Part shown: in pieces, positions 30,256 to 43,810 of the stretch
Layout: every line of letters starts with the position of its first letter
Numbering within the stretch: the stretch's first letter is position 1
Assembly (NCBI RefSeq): GCF_009914755.1
Contig: NC_060931.1
Reading direction: 5' to 3' (one strand)
DNA: 64,000 nucleotides
From: the human T2T-CHM13v2.0 reference genome, Homo sapiens
Notes under the pieces: generated by a model
Seen by the model: only the letters and a program-made list of their open reading frames with translations
Database searches by the model: none
What the model was told of the DNA's origin: nothing
Translations under genes and position numbers: made by a program

Positions 30256-32249
30256 CCTACCAAAGGCCCCTTGTTTTTATAGGTCCTGGGAAGTAAGACC
30301 TACTTGCAAAGAGGCCTCTACGACCATCACTTTTTGAGATTGAGGCTCACAAAGATCTTAAAGTTTAATCTGATTTGATTTAAGACCTAGTAATTTTATT
30401 GCTCTATCCATTTACACTTTGGTCTGACCAATTTTAACATAATTGCATACAAAATCTTTCAAAAGTTTCATGTGTAAAATTCTTCTTTCAAACAAACTTT
30501 TATATGCCCAATTAACTTGGCCGTTGGTATCAAAACTGTAGCTCATATTCTAGCAGGTGTTAAAAATAATAAACCAGATGTAAAGACAGGCATAAAAATA
30601 TAGTAAAGCAGATTCAGGAACAGTGAAGGAGAATGAATGCATTTCCTTAAAAGGAAGGCGAGGAAGACTTTTTTAAAAAATTAGAATTATAACTTGGCTG
30701 TGCATCTTTTTTTGTTGCTGTTGGCAGTAAATAAATCTCATTATAAAGATGAAATGAGAAGAAGTTTTGAAAAACTTTCAAACAGTTGGATAAAGACTAG
30801 ACATTTCGTTTTTTTTCAAAGCTGGCAAGTCATTTTTGGTTCAACATTCTTTTTAGATGTTCTAGTTTTCTAGTCTTCCCTTGATACAGACATGAACTTA
30901 CAAGTAGTCCCCTCACTTTATATTTCCTCACAACTTCCTGAATATTTGACAGGCTCATTGAACTGAATTTGAAGTCTTTTCATAGTACTGTTCTGGAAAG
31001 TAAAAGGAATGAACCACAACAGAAACAAAATAAAGTGGTTTCCAAATATGACTCTGATGTAGCTTCTGTGATGTTTATCCCACGTTCCCTATTGGTTGGG
31101 ACTTGGGACCTCCTAATGAGGACTTTGTCTCTAGTTCTTAGTTGTCTGCAAACACTGATTTTGTTTTAGTTACACTGATTTTTTGAACCAAATGGAACTT
31201 TTTGAGCATAAAAAGGCAAGGGAATTCTAAAAGGATTTAAATTATAGCTTGGGAGGACTCCCAATCACACCTAAACCTGCATTATAGATATCTCGGTAGT
31301 GTCAGCGGAGGAGAGTGGCCTAATGTTGATCAATATCAAAATGGCTTTGGGAGTCTCTGACCACTCAGTTCTCTAAATCAGTCTCCCATTTTAAGGTTAT
31401 GAAACACTGATCTTAAAAGAAATCTGGAATATTATCAGTTGCAGGTTGCTAACTATAGTTAAGTTCAAATATAAAGCTGCCCATTTAAAGAGGTCATCTT
31501 TAATGTAACATAGCCTGTCTTAAACAAACCATTATTACAAATAAAGCAATCAAATTATGAATTAAATAGCTTACCAAGTGACATTAAGCAAATTACTTCC
31601 TCTCTGTGTACAAAATGGGGTTAATAATCCTGACCTATTTCTCAAGGTCTCTGGGGACAATTCATTTAGGAATTGCCTAAGTGCTGTATAAATGTTACCG
31701 GTGTTATGAGAGCTTGGTTTTATTGTCATTGGAAGGCCTATCATAATAAGGAATTCAGGGGTTTTAGTCAGAGGTGAATTAACAAAGCGAGGTCTATGCT
31801 AATACAAGCGCCCTCTGACCTTGGATCACTGAGCTTGAAAAATTGCACAGATCAGAATGTGAATGAAGTTTGCATTTTCAGAGACACTGTTTTTGTTAAT
31901 GTATTTCCTATTCAATTCCTTTGCTTTGAAAATCGTTACTTTGGAAGCAAAGCAACCAATTTCTATTTCCACCATTCCATTTCCACATTTTTTCATTATT
32001 CTCCATTGCAATTCCCAGCATCATTTGCATTTAAGCATGACATTGAAGGCATCCAAGGCCTATCCTTCAGAATCAGCTATCCAGTACACCCAGGAAACAT
32101 GCCTATAAGTAGATGTGGGCTGTGTATTCACCAAATCTCTTTCATTTTAAGAATTTTATCCTTATTGTGCAATCCCCAGACTTTTATTACTCTTAGAGAA
32201 AGCAAATTCTTTTTCCCACTTAAATTTGCACAAGTTATTAACTTATTTG

Positions 32250-32930
32250 GCAAATAGTTTCTGAGTACTTAGTATGTACCAGACACTGTCCCAGGTGCTG
32301 GAGACAGCAGTAAATAATACAGGCAGAAATCTCTGCACTCAATAGCTTATATTCTAGTGGGTGAAGATAAATAGTAATTAAAATAAGTAAACAAATATTG
32401 TGTTTTAGGTTGCAAAAAATAAAGTATGGTGAGAAAATAGAGTGTGAAGATAAAGAGGGGCTGCAATTTTAAGTACAATGGTCAGGGAAAAACCTTCTTG
32501 GAAGGTGTAATTCCAAAGAGATTTGAGGGCTGTGAATGTGAGAGCCACTGCGAAAGGGCTTTGCAGGCAAGGTGAAAGTTCCGGGCAAATCCAAAGGCCC
32601 TGAGGTTGGAATCTCTTTGCCTGTCTTAGAACAGCAAGGCGGCCAGGTGGCTGAGAGGAGCAGCAAGCAGGAGAACAGTGGGAGATGAAGTAAGGGATGG
32701 AAAGGGGCACCACATGATCTAGGGCAAGACCTCTGGCTTCCACTGAGTGAAATGGGAAGCCCTGGAGGAGTCCTGAGCAGGGGAGTGACATGACCTGACT
32801 TCCATTTTGAAGGGTGGAATAGGCTGTGTTGAGAATAGGCTGAAGGGGAGTGAGATTGAGACAGGAAGACCACATAAAAGGCTCTTACAATAGTCCAGAG
32901 CAGAGGTTAGTGGCATGATCCTGTGGGGTG
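32250..32930 (-). mobile_element. L2 LINE
   Basis: ctgagtacttagtatgtaccagacactgtcccaggtgctggagacagcagt...ctgagcaggggagtgacatgacctgact. Confidence 0.82.
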
Positions 32931-33531
32931 CCACATGGGTAGAGTTTCACAGCTTTCAATTATTAAACACACCCTTCTTCTCTAACTGTGGTTTCTTATT
33001 TGAGTTACTTCATTCCCTAACAAACTTTTTTCCTTTAAAGCCTTTCCTTCCCGATTCCTCCCTGTCAATAATAATGCTTGTCTTCACATCAGATAAGCAT
33101 TTGAACCCTGTTTAAAAGGGTTCAAACAGGCCAAATTTGGGTGTAGTCAAATCAGCAAGTAAACTATGCTCCAAAACCACAAATGACTTGACAGGATTCT
33201 ATTGAAGTTCTCTGTAAAGACACCTGCTTTTCTTCAACAGGCTCTGCATCACAGAATGGATGAAGGCCACGTGGAAGCCTCCCTGTCCAGTCGGGGGCTG
33301 GGTGGTAAGGAGGAGCAGGATTAGGTTTAGAAGAATGGGATGAGGCCAACAGCTTCCACTTTCAATAACGTCTACAAATCTGTATTTCAAGTTAATTAAG
33401 TCCCAATAGCAGTGCACAAAACCATTTTTGAAACAAATTGTCAACCTGCTTTCATATGCTGTTATGTCCATATTAACCAAAGAAATGCTCACTGACTTTT
33501 AACTCCTGTTTGTGTAATATTTGGCACTGTA

Positions 33532-33557
33532 CTTTTTTTTTTTTTTTTTTTTTTTTT
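33532..33557 (+). repeat. Poly(T) tract
   Basis: About 25 T. Confidence 0.88.
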
Positions 33558-34149
33558 AGCTTTAGCTATGGCTGGTGTAATCAGACACCACGTACCAGGC
33601 AAACCTAACCCTTGAGGCCCTGATTACTTAAAAACAATAGGAGTGAAACCTCCCTCCACCAAATAGAAAGGAGGTGGCTGCATTCAAGCATTATTCCTCG
33701 TTCTCTAGAAAGGTAGCGGCAAGGGCTACTACTCAAAGGGAAGATTCTGGAAATGGTTCTTGTGGGAAAAGAAGGAAAATACATTAGTCTTTTCAGCTAA
33801 CCTAGAAAAAAAAATTCTTGGCAACTTCAGAACCAATGGAGAAGAGAAAATGTGTAAGCAGAAAGTTCTTGGATTACCATGGCATCTTCTCTAGGTAGGT
33901 GACCTGGGTCACCTACTCATGACTTGGGTCATCTTATTTGCAGAATAATTAAGAATGAGAACTTTCATTCTATCTATGAAGTGGTACATGACTCTAATTA
34001 AGGGATTATTACTTTAAATGAATTACCTTTCTTTCCTTCATCTTGGGCAACTCATTAGGAAAAAACCTACCTTTTGACATTTAGAAAAGATTTTTTTTTT
34101 TCCTGGATCTTGGAGTTCCAATCTGTTGCTTCAGTTGTTCCCAGTATCT

Positions 34150-34468
34150 ACATTGCTTTCCCCCTCATCTTCAGGGCTTTTCTTGTATGTCATCTCTATG
34201 GAGACTTCTTTGGCTGCCTTGTCCAAAAAGGTAACCTACATTAGATGCCCCACCTCCATTCTCTGCTTTATTTTTTGCCTTAACGCTTATCATGATCTAA
34301 CTTACTACATGTCTTATTGATTCATCTTTTTTTTTAATCTCATGTGCCAGAATGTAGGATTTATGAGAGCAGGAATTTTTGTCTGTTTTGTTCATGCTAT
34401 ATCCCCAGTGCCTAGAACAATGCCTAAAACAGAGCATCAGTAAATATTAGTTGAATTAGTGAATTAAT
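34150..34468 (+). mobile_element. L2 LINE 3' end
   Basis: ttatgagagcaggaatttttgtctgttttgttcatgctatatccccagtgcctagaacaatgcc...taaatattagttgaat. Confidence 0.8.
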
Positions 34469-35799
34469 TCCACAGAGTGATCAGATAAGTGTTAGCTTGA
34501 AATTCTTTATTTGAAAAATCAATTTTGGCCACTAGATGCATAGAACGTATCTCTGGTAAGATACACAAAAGATGAATAAGAGCATTTACCTTGGGGAAAG
34601 GAATCTGAGGGGGAGATATTTACATATAATTTTATAGCTTTATGTACTAGTCAATCTTTAAATCTTTAGAATATTTTATCCTCACTCAGAATGATGTATC
34701 TGAGTGCTGAGTATCTCATTATTTTAAATTCTTTTTGTAATCTTCAACAGAAAAACTAATAAATGTTAATTTAAAAATAAGCACACGTATGTGTAAAAAT
34801 CTACGCATACACATGTTTTGTGTTCAATAAGACAAAGTTAATATAAAAAGATACATCTAATTCTATGTTTTGATTCAAAAAATCATATGTAACAGATTAA
34901 CAGAACTGGTTTGTGTAGTATATTGGTACCAAAGACAACTGATGTGAATAAGAACTTCCCACTTATGAAGACATTTTGAATACTGAGGAAAGAACCAAGT
35001 AAAAGAGTATTCTTACAATCTTATTTATATCAATGGCATGGCAGTAAGTATTTCAACTGGGGCCCGGGCTTGAAAAGCATTCCAATTTTCACTTGAATTT
35101 CAGGGTAAGGCTAAGTATTACACAGTATAGTATCTCTAGCAAGATTTCCTGAGAAAAATGGAAAGAAACCATGAAAATCAGACTATAATCAGGAAAGTCA
35201 AGAGAACTGGGCTAACAAAGTAGTAGAATTAAACTAAAAAGCATAGTCACTTGAAGAGCAAGAAAATTCAGAATGAAAAGAAGGAAGACGTGGCAAGTGA
35301 ATATAACTCAACAGCAGAAACATATTATTCTCAATATTGTGTAAGTAAACATGAGACCTAGGGAAGGTTTACAGATTTGATCCTTTATTTTCTGGCCATG
35401 AACTGTAGATATTAAGTTTGGGGAAAGTGCCCTAGATTCCTATTTATAATTCACAGTGGCCTGTGGTGATGATGCATAGCAAATTTCTCAAAGAGACCAG
35501 GGACAAGAGAAAGCAGCCCTGAGGGATAAAAACCTTTTTCAAGGAGAGAAAAGAGGCAATCATGAAACCCATGTATCATGCTGCCCTTATCCTTGACTTC
35601 TTTAAACAACACTTGGTTATTTTGGTATCTTTCTCCCTTCTCCCTCACTCTCTTGATTATTTCCACTTTCCAACCAAACAGTCTTTGATTTTATTTTTAA
35701 TCTACCTAACACCAGCTGTTGCCAGAGCCTTCCTATTAAGAGGCTTAGTCCAAACAGTCTGATCTTTAAAGCAAATATCCAGCACATGGAGCCAACACA

Positions 35800-36020
35800 G
35801 CATTTTGGAAAGGATACTGGTCCGAATGCCTGGGTGGGAATTCAGCTCTGCCTATTCCTAGCTGGGTAGCTTGAGGCATGCTGCTCAGTCTAGTCTCTCT
35901 AAATCTCACTTATCTTTAAAATGTGGCTAATAAGACGTGCTCTCTTTGCAGAGGATGGTTAAGAGGATCAAACTGAATAGTGCAAACTATAAAGCACTAT
36001 ATACAAACATAAGTTATTTT
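35800..36020 (+). mobile_element. MIR SINE (diverged)
   Basis: cctgggtgggaattcagctctgcc...ctagctggg...ggttaagaggatcaaa...taaagcact. Confidence 0.6.
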
Positions 36021-39000
36021 TCTGGTGACTTTCATCAGATTTTGTTATTGTTCATCAAAAATCTGAACAGAAATAGAAAAACTGCCCTAGGAAAACGGCA
36101 GAGTGTATTTAATGCACTTGCTTCATGTCCAGCTGTAATAAAAGTCAGATAATGAGTATTTTCAGGGGTGTTTCTAAAGATGCAAAACTTTGGTTTCAAG
36201 ATACTAGCTTGAAACCAAATTGCATTAGGTATAATCACACCATGTTTCATTTCATGAGGTTCAAAGAACTGAGAAGCATGGAGTATAATCTTACAGATGG
36301 TCTTTGAAGATGTTTCAAGAGCTAAAGCTAACACATCCAATTATGATATTTTTTAAAAAATGTGTCCTTCATCCAGCTTCTCTCATCCTCTTGACCACTG
36401 AACTCTCTGGAATACAGGAGAATCAATACAAAAAACCTAAGGGAAACTCTCAAGTTAGTGCCGAGGGAATGACAGTAGATTCTGCTTTTAATCAAAAAGA
36501 TACATGAGTAAAGTTTATGCTACACTTTGCACACAAAAAGTATTATACTATCCTCAAAAACATCAGGCATGCAGAAAATAAGGGAGAATAAGGCCTAACT
36601 AGAAAATTGTCTTAAGGTAATATGAAAATGGTCTGTGAGACTATTAAAAACAAATATCCACAGAAAGAATGACAAAAGCATTAAAATTACATCTTAACAC
36701 ACCCTGTGGATGTACCCTGATGACAAACAAACATACCAGCACTTAATTTTTCTTTACAATATGTTCACATTTTGCTACTAAAAATATTCAAACCATATCT
36801 GTCAGTTGCCCCACGAAAGTTCCTCTTTTAAGTGTTAAACAAGCTATGTGAAACAAACTCCACTAACCAATAGCACACAAAATAAAACCAAATCAATGAA
36901 CAGAGAATATCAAGCTTCAGACAAGCTGTTATAGATGGAATACAATTCTAATCTGGGCTTCGGTTTTAAACAAATCATTAAAACGATACCTGAGAGGAGG
37001 AACAAAAACCAACCAGTCTCTGGACTGTCAAACATTACTTTCCATAAAGTACATAAACAAGCACAGATATTACCTTACAAATGAAGTTATCTTACTGCTT
37101 TCCATTTCCTCCCAGTAGCAAAGGGAAATTTTAAACAAAGTGCCCATCCCAGCACATTTCTGCAGATAAAAGCACTGGCAATTGAACCCTGCTGTGGCTG
37201 GCCCATGTGCAGTAAAATGTTAAAGTCCTGCTCCTGACAGCCAATCCAAAGCTGCTCAGACCTCCCAGGCCTCCCAGGGTGATCAGCCTGGCTTTGTGGC
37301 AATACAATGGGAGTTAAACATTTCTTCGTATCCATTTAGAAGCAAGAAAAATCTGTTTGGTTGCTCAAAATGATTTAGCAAAACACACAATAGGTTATGA
37401 TTTGGTAATCTTGTTTCAAGAAAGTAACTGCCATATTTTCACCTATGAGGGGGAGATTGTAAAGCTGTTACATAGTTTCTTCTTTCTTTTTAAATCTTGT
37501 ACTAACTCAAAATAACATTTTAGAATGGCCATCTGGGTTTTTATTCCTTTTGACAAGACACAATAACTGCTGAGACTGGCTTCTTTATTTCAGCCTCAGA
37601 ACCTACATCACATAGATGGTAGAACTTGCTGTCCAATGACTCACAACAGTCATTTCTGATTTTTCTTTCATGGAAGCCTAGAAACTCTATTTGATTCAGT
37701 TAATTTAAGATCTCAGTAAAAATAAATATTATAACTATTTTTCTTACTTTCTTTCCCCCTACCTATTTATTTCTGAATTTCATTCCTCTCTTGGGCTTCT
37801 CTAGTACCCACAGTCATGAGTATTCACCCATCCAAGCTGTAAGAATTTTAACATGTTGCTTATTATTCTTCTTCTAAGCCAGATGCTATTGGTACCTAAG
37901 TACACAAATAAATAATGAATAGTGAGCTGGTATTTTCATTAGAGTGCATAATACATTAGGATTATATTTCATGATAAGACCTTTAAAAAGTAATAGAAGG
38001 TATTTCTAAAATGTATTATGTCCAGTAGGACCTCATTGTTGAGGCCGCCACAAATCCTTAACCATTTATTTTGCTTAAACTTCTAATGATTGCTTTTCAA
38101 GCTTTCAGGTTCTCTGGAAAAACTTCAAGAGAAGCAGGTTTATAACTCATTCACCAGCTATGATTCAAGTTTTGAAAGTGTCCATTTACTGTATTTTCAA
38201 TTACGGTTATTCACTTCCAAACCTGAAAAACTGTTCTGCATTTATTACAGTGACTGTTACATGAACAATGGGTGAATATATTTCTTTGAAGCTCTTTTCA
38301 GCAATTCTTAAAGACCTGCTTAGAATAATGCCCTTCTTCACAAAAGCACAATCAACATGTAACCTAATCTCCTTCAAAGCGTATTGTCAGAGAGATCAAC
38401 AATGACTGTAATCACATGACCTCTGAAACCCAACCAAGTAGAGACATCAGAGAATCTTGACTGGCTCCTATCTCTGCACATCCATTTCTCTGCTTAATAT
38501 GTCCCAATGAGCCTTGACTTATGCTAATAAAAACTTGAAAAATGGAAATCATTTTCTGATTTTCATTCTTTCAAAAGATAAAAGAAATAGGGAGGAAAGC
38601 CTTTAAACTTATTTCCTCTTGATTACATATCTACTGCTATGTATATGTGTTACTAGTGGTACCAGCTGATAGAAAACAGAAAATAATCAGCTGCCTAGTC
38701 ATTGATACAACACACATGACTGATTACAGAAACCAGGTTAGACACTATGATTTATAGTGTTACTCCTTTTGGTATTTTCCAATCATTTCTTTCAAGTGCA
38801 TTTATAAAATTTAAATATGCATTTCCATTGGAAAGAAGAATTTGTCCATGTTTTCCTATTAATATGTTAACATAACCTTTTCTTTTCCTAGTTAGCTATT
38901 CCCACAGGTATAAAAAAGGCTCACACACCAACTTGAAAAAAGGTTGCATTTTCAAGAACAGTGGAAGGACTACTTAAAATGGTGCTTTAAACTGTGATTG

Positions 39001-39769
39001 TGCTCTGAGCAGTAAGGGCTCAATGGAGGAGAGACGAGTCTTGATTAAGCAGCTTGCCTGACCGAGCCTAATCAGAATTATTTCAGCACACTGCTTCACT
39101 ACAGCTCCAGACCCATTAAACACGAAATGTTTCTGCAGGCCCGTTTCTCACTCTGGCTCCCACTGTGCCCGTTACTTTGCGGCAGTAGTTACTCACTGGG
39201 CTACTCAAAATAATTTTTGGTAAATAGAGGTACTGGGTTTAACAGGCTCCTCACAATCTATCAATGAATCTGTCATTTTATGACAAGAATGGGTACCGTC
39301 CCACCAAAACAGGACCACTGGGATGGCCATGCAGAAGGGGGCCCTTTGAACTAATTCTTTGTCTTGACCTGACAGCAATCACTCCTTTCACAAAAGCAGC
39401 TCTGTCTTCCAAAATGTAATTTGGGGTATCTCATTTTAAGCTCATCAGGTTATTATATTTTATCATCTGGTTTAACACACTCTGAAAGAGGCAGTTCCAT
39501 TTTGGGGGCCAGAGGAGGCGATTCGTGGCACCAAAATGTACACGCAGCTTTCTGTTTCCCTCAATCTCTCAGATTGTCCAGACCTATCCATTACAGGAAT
39601 GTGACTAATTTTCTTAGTTATGCTTAGTATCCATTTTAACCATTATATCCTTATAATGCTTAGTATCCATTTTAAGCACACAAAAATATTAGATGTACTT
39701 TTTTACAGAAATATTTTTTCATTTAAACCTAAAAATATATATATCAAAATTCTGATCAAAGTAGATGCA

Positions 39770-40071
39770 GGCTGGGCGTAATGGCTCGTGCCTATAATCC
39801 CAATACTTTGGGAGGCCGAGGCAGAAAGATTGCTTGAGCCCAGGGGTCCAAGACCAGCCTGGGCAACATAGTGAGACCTCGTCTCTATATAAAAAAGAAA
39901 ATTAGCTGGGTGTAGTGGTGCACACCTGTAATAGTCCCAGTTACTCAGGAGGCTGAGGTAGGAGGATCCCTTGAGCCCAGAAGGTCAAGGCTGCAGTGAA
40001 CTGTGACTGCACCACTGTACTCCATCCTGGGCAACAGAGTGAGACCCTGTCTCTAAACTTAAAAAAAAAAA
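39770..40071 (+). mobile_element. AluJ
   Basis: gattgcttgagcccagg...ctgggcaacatagtgagacc...ggtcaaggctgcagtga. Confidence 0.9.
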
Positions 40072-40164
40072 TAGATATAATCAGAAATTTTCGGCTTTTA
40101 ATAAAGTACTTACTATGCAAATGTTATAGTTCTAAACACCATAATGCATGTGTGGTATATTTGC

Positions 40165-40310
40165 CCTTGTGCCTCAGTTTCCTTATATGTAAAATCAGGA
40201 TAATATAGTACCTTCTTTGGAAGGCTATTATGAGGATTAAATGAATTAATATTCATAAATTACTTACCTCAGTGCCTGGCACATAGCAGATGCTATGTAA
40301 GTATTTCTTT
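40165..40310 (+). mobile_element. MIR fragment
   Basis: tgtgcctcagtttccttatatgtaaaatcaggataata...tgaggattaaatga...cagtgcctggcacatag. Confidence 0.82.
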
Positions 40311-43300
40311 TAAATAAATAGAAATAAAACAGACACCATCTATGAATGAAAAGATGTGTAGATGATTCTTTCAGGACTTCATCCAGAATGCAAGAGTTCT
40401 ACTTGGAGCTACTCGTTTACCTTCATGATCTTTATTTTTGACATTATTTAGCAGGCCTTTATAATGGCCCAAGTTCACATTCATTGCCAGTTTTTTTCTG
40501 CAATGTCTTTATAAGTTCTCCTAGCACAGAAATGATGGATGCTTTTCTTTTGAAATTCTTCTACAGGAAGTAAAAAGAGTGTCAATTACCTGGCTGAACA
40601 TGAGGTAAAGTTTTTGTTAAAGTAGCCCATAAACTAAGTGGGAAAAATGAATTAACCAAGTGTTTCTTTCCTCTCTCCTGAAATGCTATGCTATGCCAAG
40701 AAGCTCACCAGGCATCAAAGAGTGTGTTTCTCAACACTGCAGATCTGCATAGTGGAGACAAGTTAAGTGTCACGTCATTTGAGGAAAGTGCCACAGGAGT
40801 CATCTGTTTCTGTAAATACTGTACAGAGACCCAGGAACCCCACAGATAATTTGATGGCACAGCAGACTGACATCCTATTGCTTTTTCATAATTTACTGAT
40901 AGGCAAAATGCCAAAATTCTAGAAAGGCATCATGATGCTGAGTTAAGGAGAATGACTGAAAAAATGTTCTTGATGCAAATTGGTATATTTTTCAATATTT
41001 CAAGAGAATAGTAAAGACTGGGTTACTTTCTGTATCTGGGCACTATCAAAACACCAAGAATGAAATTTGCTTTTTTGTGAAGACAGTCATCTCACATTCA
41101 TTAATTCTCGGCTCACTGCTTCTCTTCCCTTCAATCACCATCTCCTTACCACTCATGTCCCTCCTTGTATAGAGTACATATGGGTTTTCCAAACCACTGC
41201 TTTTACAAAAGAACTGTGGTATTGTGACAACTAAGAACGATTCCTTAAAAAAAGAATCCCTGTGAATGAAAGTAGTCAAACACTGGATGCCTTTAACAAG
41301 AATACTAAAACTAATCAGAATGTATCATACACTATATATTTACAACACTTTATATAGCGCCTCTTTATGGCTACTAATGTACATATCAAGACAATGTAGA
41401 CATGGGGTGTGTCAATACAACACACATCTTATTCAAAACACATGTCTAACTGCATCGCTTTTAAAGTCAGTGAGAATTATCTTTGTATACATGAAAATGT
41501 ATCAGACAATTCAAAGAACAGAATAGACAATGTAATAATAACCGAAATTTGGAAGGATGTAACAAGAGATAGAAATAAGAAGAGAAAAAAAGGAGGTTGT
41601 AAAACATAAAAGGATCAAATCTATGCAATTGCTGTTTTGTAGATCAAAAAAGGTCAAATACCAGCAATTTTATATGATTCAACCTAACTACTTCCTTGGG
41701 ACTGCCCAGCTCAAGTAATGTCCAAATCACTTAACAGAAATACGATCAGTGTTCCCAGAGCAAATAATTTCCATTTATATCACTAGTTGTAAAACAAGGC
41801 TTATTACCATTTTCTGGAAGTTTCCATTGCTATAGCAATAATCTCCCAAACAACCACACATTACTGAAGTGTGTTCAAGTACTGAGGTAATTTTTCCTAC
41901 CTCTTTCTCATCATATATTTAAACACATACACGCACACACACGTGCACCCTTTCTGGAATCATTCTCTCTAGAATATCTCTATATAAGAATATACTACAT
42001 AGAAGTTTATTTTTTAAATAACTTCACTGCTGACATCTAGCACCATATTTGAATAATGGAGAAGGAATTCATTTGTAAAACTAAAATAGAAAAAGGCTTG
42101 ATAATTCTATTTTAACAAAACTCACCAAAATCACCCTAGCTGGAAGAGATCTTTTTAATCAGATATTTTCAAATATTTTCTAAACTGTAAAATCTATCAC
42201 CTGTTCTTAGAAAAAAATTTAACAAATTGTCTTTTATAACAGTTGTTACAATGATGTTTTGGGGACATGTTAAAAACCAGGCACTCCGATATATTTTTTA
42301 ATAGTCTGAGCATTAGGTTAGAATCTGTTAAAAGATATAGAACCCTAACCCAAGAAATTCAGAAACCCCTAAACACCTATTGTTCATACAATAGAAAGTT
42401 CAACAACCCAAGTTAAGAGTTCCTAAAAGATCAATGCAACTCTTTTAACTGACTTTACTCCTTCTGCTACAGTTCATCCTACTAGTCACTCATCTTTCTT
42501 TTCTTAGACAACACTATGGGAAATAATAACATTCTTCACAAAACCCCCATCTCTATTGTATCAGGCTTTCCTTACAGTTCTTGTTTGAATGTGTGTGTCT
42601 CTGTGTGTGTGTCCGTAATTTCAACAAAGTTGCAATCTTAAATTTTTAATTTTTGAAGTCAACATTATGTCACAAATATTTTTCATATTGCTAACAATAT
42701 TCAGAATTGTAATTTCAAGTGAACACACAATATTCCACTGAAATGCTGTGCCATAATTTTTGTCACAACATCAAGAATTTTTGAACATTTTCCTTAAAAA
42801 ATAGAAGTAGAAACATGTTTATGGATGTGCCATTACACATTATTTTTTAAATGGTTGCATTGTTATTTCTAGCACAACCAGAAGTGTATGTGATCACCTT
42901 TACATGCTGCAGAACTGGAAATTACCTTAAATATTTCAAACAGTTCAATAGATGTAAGACATGATAATCTTCCCAAACACCAATTAGCATCTATTACCCA
43001 CAGGTTAGATTTCCATTGCCTATAGAATAAAATCTTTGGTCTCTTATTCAAAATCCTTTACAATCCATCCCCTACCTACGACTCCGAATTGATCTTCCAT
43101 GGGTCTTAGACTGTTCCAGCTAAACAGGTCTACGGTACCTACCCCTAACACACCAGGCCCATTCCACCTGTTTTCTCTGTTTGCAGACACTGTTCTTTGA
43201 ATGTGTTCCTCACTCCTCTCCCTCTGTTCAAATCCCTCTCTTTCTTCAACAACAAGATCCAAGTCCATTTGCCCCATGACAATTTAGCTGAGGAACATGG

Positions 43301-43624
43301 CCATCAGATCACAGTCCCACCTGAGATGAGAAAGCCAACATGGGGGCATGGCCCACTGGACAGCGTGTGCCTGTGAGTAACCAGACACACCAAGGAGGGA
43401 ACAGGCTACCAAACATCACCCTCCCACTTGATTTCTTCAGATGATTTACAAATAGAAATAAAATAGTATCTAGTAGTCAAGCAGTAATAAAATGGTATGC
43501 CCTGATATATCTAATATTTTAGATAAGATGAGAAATGAGAACTAAAGAGACAAATTAGGAAACAGGAAATGTTGACCATTTTGCTCTTTATATTATATTA
43601 AGACAGGGTTATGTAATAAAAGGT

Positions 43625-43810
43625 AGCATTTGTTGAACCCTTCTATCACTGTTTTAGGCATATTTACATCCATTAATTAACAATCTTTATAATAACACTG
43701 ATATATTTCCAACTACTATTGCCATTTTACAGAAGAGGACACTGAAGGTCAGAGAAGTAACTTGCCTCAAGCCACAGAGCAAGAAAATTATGGAGCTGGA
43801 ATTTGTTAGT
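43625..43810 (-). mobile_element. MIR SINE
   Basis: ccattttacagaagaggacactgaaggtcagagaagtaacttgcctcaagccacagagc. Confidence 0.75.

Noticed and set aside
31796-32875. ORFs of 153, 156 and 134 aa
   Set aside because: Composition typical of AT-rich non-coding DNA or L2 remnants; no motifs or exon structure.
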